A stretch of 32,000 nt of DNA, from contig NC_022359.1 of the NCBI RefSeq assembly GCF_000354175.2, forward strand, positions 690,001 through 722,000. Direction: 5' to 3'. Made by a program: the position numbers and the translations under genes. Below, in pieces: positions 25,581-32,000 of the stretch. Position 1 is the first letter of the stretch. Each line of letters begins with the position of its first letter. Under the pieces are notes generated by a model. It made no database searches and was not told the DNA's origin. It saw only the letters and a list, made by a program, of their open reading frames with translations. The stretch is from Vibrio alginolyticus NBRC 15630 = ATCC 17749 (GTDB lineage Bacteria; Pseudomonadota; Gammaproteobacteria; Enterobacterales; Vibrionaceae).

Positions 25581-26462
25581 TTAACCCATCTGTTGTTTTA
25601 GGGCGGTGATAAATTGCTTTGTCGCAATGGATTGAGGTGTGTGCTCTGCGAATAAAATAGAGACGGAGAAGGACATATTTGGCTCCAAAGCATGCACGGA
25701 AACGGCATTATCTTGGCGATATTGTTTTGCAGTCCAAGGGTCTACAATTGCGAATCCTGCTTCGTTTTTCACCAGTTCAGCCGCCGCGGAGTAGCTGCGG
25801 ACGGTGATGGCATGTTGATAATGCTCGTCACGCGCTGATAAGGTTTGATGCAGCAATAGACCCAAAGGGTCTCGGCTATCTAAACCGATAATGAGTAAAT
25901 CGTGACTGATGAGTTCTTCTAAAGTGACGGTTTTTTCTGTGGGTATCGCTGCGCTTTTAGGGGCAATTAGCGCCAAGTTTTCTTTTAATAACATGTGTCC
26001 CATGATCGCTGGTGGCGTTTCTTCACCGAACGCAATGGCGACATCCAATTCATGTTTCAGTAAACCTGAGCACAGCTCATCGCGATTGGCCGTTAAGAGC
26101 TCAAAGGAGATGCCGTGCTCTTTCGACAGCAACGCGACAGTCGGCGCTAACAAGTGTGCGGCCAAAACAGGCGGGGCACCGACTCGTAAATGTTGAGTTC
26201 CCTGTTTGACTTTGTTGGTCAGAGAGCGAAATTGTCCGAGTTGTTGATAGACTTTTTCAGCCTCTGGCAATAAGGCTTTGGCTTCTTGAGTGGGAACGAG
26301 ACGCCCCTTTACACGCTCAAATAAAGCGAAGCTCAGTTGTTGTTCTGTATGGGCGAGAACTCGAGTTACATTGGGCTGGGAAACGTGTAGTAAGCGAGCC
26401 GCACCAGACACCGTTCCTGCTTGCATAATGGCGTAAAAGACTTCTAATTGCCTTAAATTCAC
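25581..26462 (-). CDS. dgcR: LysR-family transcriptional regulator (candidate DgcR)
   Basis: 'MNLRQLEVFYAIMQAGTVSGAARLLHVSQPNVTRVLAHTEQQL' HTH plus a LysR effector domain. Lies immediately upstream of, and co-directional with, the DUF1611 and epimerase genes. Confidence 0.7.
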   Translation of the reverse strand: MNLRQLEVFYAIMQAGTVSGAARLLHVSQPNVTRVLAHTEQQLSFALFERVKGRLVPTQEAKALLPEAEKVYQQLGQFRSLTNKVKQGTQHLRVGAPPVLAAHLLAPTVALLSKEHGISFELLTANRDELCSGLLKHELDVAIAFGEETPPAIMGHMLLKENLALIAPKSAAIPTEKTVTLEELISHDLLIIGLDSRDPLGLLLHQTLSARDEHYQHAITVRSYSAAAELVKNEAGFAIVDPWTAKQYRQDNAVSVHALEPNMSFSVSILFAEHTPQSIATKQFITALKQQMG

Positions 26463-26542
26463 TGCGAATTCCTTCTGCTCATGTTGGTCACCTCAGAATA
26501 CCCAACCTTGCTGATAAGCGATAGAGGTAAAAGTGCTGGCGT

Positions 26543-26577
26543 AAAAAATAGGAAGACGATGTTGGTTGCCTTCCTAT
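26543..26577 (-). terminator. Rho-independent terminator of the MFS gene
   Basis: ATAGGAAG-N14-CTTCCTAT stem. On the minus strand it is followed by TTTTTT. Confidence 0.7.
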
Positions 26578-26616
26578 CTCGCTTTTTCAATTTCTCAACT
26601 TCTCAATTTCTATGCT

Positions 26617-27825
26617 TCACTTTGCTGCTGCATGAAGGGGCAGGTCGTTAAACGGCTCGACGTCTCGACTGAGTAATCCCATCAAAATCACTGCTAACAC
26701 CATGACAGCAGCTGCGATTGCAAAACCGTATTGTGTTAGTTCGTAATGACTCAACATTGCAATCAGGACGTAACTGAGAGATTGAATGGTGGTGGCAAAC
26801 ATGCTGATGCCGCCATCGACGCGACCTCGTTGATGAACCGCTACGGTGTGATGCATCCAGTTGACTCTCGCAATGCGATTTAGCGCGTTAAATACGCCAA
26901 ACAGCGCCGTAAACAATAAGATGGTCAGCGGGCTCATCGCAAAACTCATCCCGATAAGCGCAAAAGATACCATAACCATCGAAGCGAACATAATGTGGCT
27001 ATGGGAGGCACGGCTTAGCACTTTGGTGACAATAAAGCCGGTTAGCAACGAGCCGAGGCCAAAACTGATGTTGAACCCTGCAAACCAATCGCCAGAGATG
27101 CCTTGTTCAGAAAACCAAATCGGCACCAGTTTGCTCAAATACGTCAATGCAGGATAAGAGAGGCAAGAGAGCAGAATAAAGCCATAAAATCGGGGTTCGA
27201 GACGGAATATTTGTTTGCTCTCTTTGAGTTGCGCGATGAAAGCAACGGATTTTGACGCCCTTAATTGTTGGGTATAAGGCGTCAGAATATAGAACATCGC
27301 TGCTAACGCAGAGGCGCTGGCCGCAAACAAAGCAAACTCTTTCATACCCCACATTTCAAGCAAAACAATACCCAACGCGCCAGCTCCGAGGGTTGTGGAT
27401 TGCATTACAATTTCTTGCTGACCCGAAATTTTCGCATACTCATGGTGCTGATAATTTTCTTGGGTGAAGGCGTTGTTGGTCGTCCATGCAAAATTACTCG
27501 AAACCCAATACACCAATTGCGCAAAAGCCAGCAACCAGTGTGACTCAAACCCTAACCAATAAGCAATGAACACCACCAAAGCCATACCCGATTGAATCCA
27601 TTGATTGAGCACGAGTAGTACTTTGCGTGAATGTCGGTCAATTAAAGTGGAAAAGAAAGGCGTAGCCAGAAAAGAAATCGCGGTGCAGCTCAGAGAAACT
27701 AAAGCGACGAATGTACCCATGTTAGGTTCGGAAAGCATGACCCATGGCAGCGCCATCATGAATAAGCCAGAGGAAATGCTGTCGAAGAAGCGGCCAGCTA
27801 AGTACGGCTGAGTTTTATTTTTCAT
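26617..27825 (-). CDS. MFS transporter (SoxR-box-associated, probable efflux pump)
   Basis: 12-TM profile with 'GRFFDSISSG' near the N-terminus. ATG at 27825 with GAGG SD is preferred over GTG at 27912. Confidence 0.8.
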   Translation of the reverse strand: MKNKTQPYLAGRFFDSISSGLFMMALPWVMLSEPNMGTFVALVSLSCTAISFLATPFFSTLIDRHSRKVLLVLNQWIQSGMALVVFIAYWLGFESHWLLAFAQLVYWVSSNFAWTTNNAFTQENYQHHEYAKISGQQEIVMQSTTLGAGALGIVLLEMWGMKEFALFAASASALAAMFYILTPYTQQLRASKSVAFIAQLKESKQIFRLEPRFYGFILLSCLSYPALTYLSKLVPIWFSEQGISGDWFAGFNISFGLGSLLTGFIVTKVLSRASHSHIMFASMVMVSFALIGMSFAMSPLTILLFTALFGVFNALNRIARVNWMHHTVAVHQRGRVDGGISMFATTIQSLSYVLIAMLSHYELTQYGFAIAAAVMVLAVILMGLLSRDVEPFNDLPLHAAAK

Positions 27826-27966
27826 TATGTTTGCCTCTAACTCCCGATGAGTTTCAAAAGCTTGATGTCCAACTGTCTTGTGTTTAACAACCAAGTCGTT
27901 CGCGCTGAACACATTATCTTGAGATCGCCGGGGTTTAGCGTTAATTAAGATGGTGCAACTTTAAAA

Positions 27967-27984
27967 CCTCAAGTAAGCTTGAGG
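27967..27984. promoter_or_regulatory. SoxR box CCTCAAG-TAAG-CTTGAGG
   Basis: Perfect 7-bp inverted repeat matching the canonical SoxR operator core (CCTCAAG-N4-CTTGAGG). On the minus strand it reads TTTACCTCAAGCTTACTTGAGGTTTTAAAGT, like a soxS-type promoter with the operator inside an overlong spacer. Confidence 0.8.
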
Positions 27985-28026
27985 TAAAGCATTTTTTTAA
28001 CAAAATTGATACACAGGGAGTCAAGG

Positions 28027-28461
28027 ATGGAAATCAGCGTAGGAGAAGTGGCAAAACGTTCTGGAGTGAAAGTATCTGCCCTACATTTTTACGAGCAAAA
28101 AGGACTGATTTCGAGTTGGAGAAATCAAGGTAATCAGCGTCGCTACCATCGCAGTGTGTTGCGCCGTGTTGCGGTGATCAAAGCAGCGCAGCAAGTTGGG
28201 TTGTCGTTAGAAGAAATTAAACATGCGTTAGATGAACTGCCGAAACACCAAGCCCCTAACAAAGCGCAATGGGAAGAAATGGCAAGCCATTGGCATGAAC
28301 AGTTAGAACAAAAGATTCAAAAACTTAAAGCGTTGCAAAACGATTTAGGCGGATGCATTGGCTGCGGGTGCTTGTCGTTAGAAACCTGCGCACTGCGAAA
28401 CCCAGAAGATGTATTAGGGAAAGACCACTCGGGGTCGAACTTAACGTTAGAAGAAGAGTAG
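28027..28461 (+). CDS. soxR: Redox-sensitive MerR-family activator SoxR
   Basis: MerR HTH 'ISVGEVAKRSGVKVSALHFYEQKGLI' and the [2Fe-2S] motif 'CIGCGCLSLETCALRNP'. ATG at 28027 is preceded by GGGAG. Confidence 0.9.
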   Translation: MEISVGEVAKRSGVKVSALHFYEQKGLISSWRNQGNQRRYHRSVLRRVAVIKAAQQVGLSLEEIKHALDELPKHQAPNKAQWEEMASHWHEQLEQKIQKLKALQNDLGGCIGCGCLSLETCALRNPEDVLGKDHSGSNLTLEEE

Positions 28462-28470
28462 CGATTATCT

Positions 28471-28866
28471 CTATTCTTTGTCGAAACTGTCGACTACGAT
28501 CGCGCCCATCGAAGCAGGCATTGTGATGACGATAACGCGTTTTATCGCAACCAAAGGCTCATTCATGAGTGGCAGTTTATCAAGACAGAAAAGAACTAAC
28601 GCTACCACAACGGCCGCAATGAGGTACGCGATAACCACACGAAAAATAAAGATGGATACGCGATTCTTGATGTGGCTTTGAAACACGCTTTGATACGCGA
28701 AAAAACTGAGGAAAATGACAGAAAGACTTAACAGCATGAGCAAGTTTGCCATTGGTAGGCTCTCACCCAATCGCCACGCTTCCTCCGAAAATGAGATCGG
28801 GACTGCTAGGGCAAAAGCGCCAACCAATACTTGGCTAGCGTCTTCTAGATTAAAGTGGCTGCTCAT
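28471..28866 (-). CDS. Small integral membrane protein (DUF2391-like)
   Basis: 4 TM helices and 'ALAVPISFSEEAWRLG' near the N-terminus. Lies 13 nt downstream of the TPR gene on the same strand. The family call is from memory only. Confidence 0.5.
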   Translation of the reverse strand: MSSHFNLEDASQVLVGAFALAVPISFSEEAWRLGESLPMANLLMLLSLSVIFLSFFAYQSVFQSHIKNRVSIFIFRVVIAYLIAAVVVALVLFCLDKLPLMNEPLVAIKRVIVITMPASMGAIVVDSFDKE

Positions 28867-28879
28867 GCTGTTTATTCCA

Positions 28880-29725
28880 TTATTCGCTTGCTAGATGTAA
28901 GAGCTTTTCAAAACGCTCATTACCGTGCAGCAATTCGAGGTCTCGTTCTTCGGCAAGTAAATCACGAATGGATGGGCTGTATTCAATTGCGCGTTCCAAG
29001 TCTTCAATAGCTTGCTCTTCGATACCAAGGCGAGAGTATGCACACGCGCGTTGATACAGTGCAGGGCCGTTGGTGTAATCGACTTCAAGTACGCGGTTAC
29101 AAATGCTAAGTGCCCAATGGTATTCGTTGATTTCCATCGCTGCGTCGGCTTTGTACGTCAACGCTTCTAAATCACCTGGACGAATTAACAAGATTTCATC
29201 ATAGATTTCGATACGTTGCTCTGGAGTTTGAGAGCTTTGTGCACGTAGCCATAAGTTATGGATCTCGTTGATTTTCTCAATTTCTTTGTTGTTTTCACTG
29301 ATAATGCGAGTTTTGCGTTTTAAATCTCGCTCAAGGGCGACAAACTTTTTCTCGTATTCTTGGGCGATCTTCTCCAATCGTTTATCAGCCATCTCTTTGG
29401 TGTTGTGTTTAAACTCACGCAGAGATTGCCATCCGACAAAGGCAATCAGAGATGCGACACCAGCAATGATGTAGAAGAAGTATGTAACGGTCACGTTGGC
29501 ATAGTTCAACGATTTATCTGCGACCGTTAGCTCGCGATCGGTGATCTCTGTGATCATTCGCTTTTCTAGGCTTTGATAGTCCTGACGCAGCGCTTTTAGT
29601 TCATCTAAAATATAGCGTTCCATTAATGGTCTATCTAACAGATCCGATTCTGAATACTTTTCCTCCGATGCCATTGTTGGCAAGGCAAGTATCAGCGAGA
29701 AAAAAATACCAATAAATAAGCGCAT
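28880..29725 (-). CDS. Membrane-anchored coiled-coil / TPR-repeat protein
   Basis: Signal peptide 'MRLFIGIFFSLILALPTMA', an internal TM 'VTVTYFFYIIAGVASLIAFVGW', a Lys/Glu-rich coiled coil, and C-terminal TPR-like repeats ('ALYQRACAYSRLGIEEQAIEDLERAIEYSP'). ATG at 29725 is preceded by AAAGGA. Confidence 0.65.
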   Translation of the reverse strand: MRLFIGIFFSLILALPTMASEEKYSESDLLDRPLMERYILDELKALRQDYQSLEKRMITEITDRELTVADKSLNYANVTVTYFFYIIAGVASLIAFVGWQSLREFKHNTKEMADKRLEKIAQEYEKKFVALERDLKRKTRIISENNKEIEKINEIHNLWLRAQSSQTPEQRIEIYDEILLIRPGDLEALTYKADAAMEINEYHWALSICNRVLEVDYTNGPALYQRACAYSRLGIEEQAIEDLERAIEYSPSIRDLLAEERDLELLHGNERFEKLLHLASE

Positions 29726-29925
29726 ATAACGTCCTTTCACGAGAAGAGTACAGATAGACCATGCAACAATAGCAAATAGCACAAACGTTTAGCAAAGTTA
29801 TTACAAAAGAAATAACAGTCGTCTTCGTAGAAGTCATATTCTTGTTGTTTTTCAGTTTGTTCCTGGTGGTTATTTGTTGTGATATCTTTTATCCTCCTTG
29901 CGAATTTATGATTAATGGAGTGAGC

Positions 29926-30396
29926 ATGGACGCGCGAGCTAAGGATTACTTAGAACAATTCCTAGAATTATTATCACCAGAACAAAGGGAAGCTGTACCA
30001 TCAGTCAGTGCTGACTATTATTGTGCCGATGAATACAACGCGAATGTATGCGCAGACTTGGTTCGTATTGGACAGAAAACTGCATCGTGCAGTTTGGAGC
30101 TTTGGTATCGAGAACATGGTGAAACCATGCCCCAAGTCGGTCATTTACAAGTAGTGACGAATTGGGATGGGGACCCGGTTTGCGTGATACGAATTACTGA
30201 CGTAAGTACATGCAAATATGAGAATGTAACCGCAGAGTTTGCCTACGCAGAAGGCGAAGGTGATAGAACCTTAAACTGGTGGCGTGATGCTCATACTGCA
30301 TTTTTTAAAGCTGAATGCGATGAGTTGAACATCGATTGGCATGAGAAACGTACGCTGGTTTTAGAGCGTTTTGAAGTGGTGTATCCCGTCAATTAA
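29926..30396 (+). CDS. ASCH-domain protein
   Basis: 'ADLVRIGQKTASCSL' and 'FAYAEGEGDRTLNWWRDAH' patterns typical of ASCH (YhfF-like) proteins. ATG at 29926 is preceded by GGAG. Confidence 0.7.
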   Translation: MDARAKDYLEQFLELLSPEQREAVPSVSADYYCADEYNANVCADLVRIGQKTASCSLELWYREHGETMPQVGHLQVVTNWDGDPVCVIRITDVSTCKYENVTAEFAYAEGEGDRTLNWWRDAHTAFFKAECDELNIDWHEKRTLVLERFEVVYPVN

Positions 30397-30404
30397 TCTC
30401 TGAT

Positions 30405-30436
30405 AGCAGCACTGATTTGAAGTGCTGCTTTCTTTA
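30405..30436. terminator. Intrinsic terminator between convergent genes
   Basis: AGCAGCACT-GATTTGA-AGTGCTGCT followed by TTCTTT. Confidence 0.7.
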
Positions 30437-30450
30437 CTGAGAGACCATTT

Positions 30451-31038
30451 TTAGCGCTTTCGAGCGGTCACACTAAACATGTGCCAATGTTTTTGGCTTC
30501 CTACTACAGTGGTCCCGTCTTCATCTCTTTCATGCAATGAAATGAGGTCGTAACCTTCGAATAAGCTTTCCACTTCCTTTTTTGTTAATGCGGTAATGTT
30601 TGGGTGCATTTCGGAGGTAACCCAGGAGTCTTTCACTCCCAAGAAATCGCCGCAGAAGATACCGCCCGGTTGTAATGCGCTGTCTATTTTTGTCCAGACT
30701 TGTTTGAAGCCTGTATCAGGGCAAAAGAACAAACTGGCATTTGCGATAACCAAGCTGCACTGAGGGTAATTAAATTCAGTAAAACAGCACTGCGAAACCG
30801 AAAATCGTTTATTACCTTCAAAGCGTGTTAAACAAGTTTTTACTGCATCTTCATTGCTATCACATGCGTGAACCTTAAATCCCTGTTCGAGTAGAAAGTG
30901 GCTGTCTCGACCTATTCCGCAGCCAATATCAAGAGCGACTTTGCCTTCTATCTTAAGTTGGTTTACGGCATTTTCCACGTTTGGGCGGTGAGGTTGGCTT
31001 AAAATTTTCTGATAGTATTCATTCCATTGCGCTGGCAT
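30451..31038 (-). CDS. Class I SAM-dependent methyltransferase (TehB-like)
   Basis: Motif I 'ALDIGCGIGRDSHFLLEQGFKVHACD' and 195 aa. Confidence 0.75.
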   Translation of the reverse strand: MPAQWNEYYQKILSQPHRPNVENAVNQLKIEGKVALDIGCGIGRDSHFLLEQGFKVHACDSNEDAVKTCLTRFEGNKRFSVSQCCFTEFNYPQCSLVIANASLFFCPDTGFKQVWTKIDSALQPGGIFCGDFLGVKDSWVTSEMHPNITALTKKEVESLFEGYDLISLHERDEDGTTVVGSQKHWHMFSVTARKR

Positions 31039-31128
31039 TGAACTTCCTTATGTTGGTTGTGTCCCCTGCCCAAAACTAGCGTCCATTTTGTTTTGCTTGA
31101 CTGGGGAGGTTTGCAGTATTGGCAGCTG

Positions 31129-32000
31129 TTATAGCTGATCTTCAATCGGTAATATTCCGGAGAACCAAGCGCCCATTTTTCGCCATACTCCTGCTTCTGG
31201 TTCGGAGTCGTATTCTTCGCCTGTTTTTACGTCGGTCCAGACAATGTCCCCGTCGCGCAGAGTTAAGGCATAGGCGTTACTCGACAGTTGATTCGGCAGT
31301 TGTTCTAGAAACATTTGCACATATTCTGGCTGTTCGATAACAACGGCCATTTCGGTATTCAAAGCGGCCGAACGTGGGTCCCAGTTCATCGAACCAACGA
31401 AAAGTGTTTTGTTATCAATCGTCATTGCTTTAGCGTGTAAACTTGCTCTGCTACTCCCCGTGAGGCTCCACTTACTTTTGAGTTTTGCGCTCGCTTTTAC
31501 TTCCCAAAGCTTGATTCCAGCTTCGAGTAGATCTTTTCGATATTTTGCGTACCAACCATGCACGGCAAACACATCGTTAGACGCGAGGCTATTGGTCACA
31601 ATCGTGATATCAACGCCTCGCTTGGCCGCGTTACTTAATGCTTGAGTACCTACTTCAGTTGGAACGAAATAGGGAGAGATGAGCACAAATGAATCCTCAA
31701 CACTTTTAACCAGCTCCGTTAAATTATCAATAAGTTGGCTCTCTCGGGTCGCGACTTTATCGGGCAGATCAAACCATACTTTCGCTTCTCCCCAGTAGAG
31801 CTTGAGTTTGCCTTGTTTTAGATCTTGGTACATATCCAGTTGAGTGAAGTCATAGCGGCCGGTTGAAAACTTTTCCTCTAACCGGAGTTTATTGACCTGC
31901 TTTTGAATCGCTTGGTCGGTAATTTGCTGTGAATTCGGTGTAATCCATTCCATTGGTATCGAATAGGCGCTATTCCAGTAGAGGTCGAACTGATCGGCAG
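31129..32000 (-). CDS. Phospholipase D / cardiolipin-synthase-family protein, C-terminal part (5' end outside window)
   Basis: HKD motif 'SLHAKAMTIDNKTLFVGSMNWDPRS'. The reading frame stays open upstream of the ATG at 31953 through base 31998, so the gene very likely continues beyond the window. Confidence 0.8.
   Translation of the reverse strand, partial: ADQFDLYWNSAYSIPMEWITPNSQQITDQAIQKQVNKLRLEEKFSTGRYDFTQLDMYQDLKQGKLKLYWGEAKVWFDLPDKVATRESQLIDNLTELVKSVEDSFVLISPYFVPTEVGTQALSNAAKRGVDITIVTNSLASNDVFAVHGWYAKYRKDLLEAGIKLWEVKASAKLKSKWSLTGSSRASLHAKAMTIDNKTLFVGSMNWDPRSAALNTEMAVVIEQPEYVQMFLEQLPNQLSSNAYALTLRDGDIVWTDVKTGEEYDSEPEAGVWRKMGAWFSGILPIEDQL

Noticed and set aside
27826-27912. GTG start at 27912 giving a 431-aa MFS protein.
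   Set aside because: There is no SD upstream of the GTG, whereas ATG 27825 has GAGG at appropriate spacing and begins directly before TM1. The question is left open because the leader would otherwise be long.
1-32000. I scanned for CRISPR repeats, integron attC/VCR-type repeats, IS inverted repeats, transposase/integrase/phage genes, tRNA/rRNA, toxin-antitoxin pairs and known defence-system domains.
   Set aside because: None was found by eye. There are no regularly spaced direct repeats and no recombinase-like ORFs. The only HKD (PLD-family) protein looks like a cardiolipin-synthase-type enzyme with no nuclease/defence neighbourhood inside the window.

Overview
The window is a gene-dense chromosomal stretch whose protein repertoire looks Vibrionaceae-like (MipA/OmpV, NlpE, ProW-ProV, NrtR-PncA/PncB, SoxR, NqrM-like). 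That assignment is an inference, because there is no rRNA or tRNA to anchor it. I can support about 33 protein-coding genes (two truncated by the window edges), about a dozen intrinsic terminator hairpins and several operator-like repeats. I saw no CRISPR array, IS/transposase, integrase, phage module, tRNA/rRNA or recognisable defence gene, so most of the window is ordinary metabolism, transport and regulation. Many ORF-track starts look too long, and I re-called them from internal ATG/GTG codons with Shine-Dalgarno sequences. Five things deserve a second look. (1) A translationally coupled three-gene operon at 18859-19866: DUF134-type regulator, NifX-type protein with a Cys-rich tail, and an NqrM-like 4-Cys miniprotein, sitting behind two tandem TGGCATATGCCA palindromes. 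This is my best candidate for something undescribed. (2) An EF-G paralogue at 21114-23138 whose switch-II catalytic His is replaced by Gln (DTPGQ) and whose P-loop is non-canonical. (3) A LysR / DUF1611 / enolase-superfamily epimerase cluster at 23432-26462 that matches the recently reported dgcR-dgcN-dgcA D-glutamate pathway and carries a T-N11-A dyad. (4) An NrtR-controlled NAD salvage locus with repeated operator-like motifs. (5) A proW-proV pair with no binding-protein gene. I cannot demonstrate a novel system from sequence alone. All family calls rest on motif recognition by eye and need HMM or BLAST confirmation.
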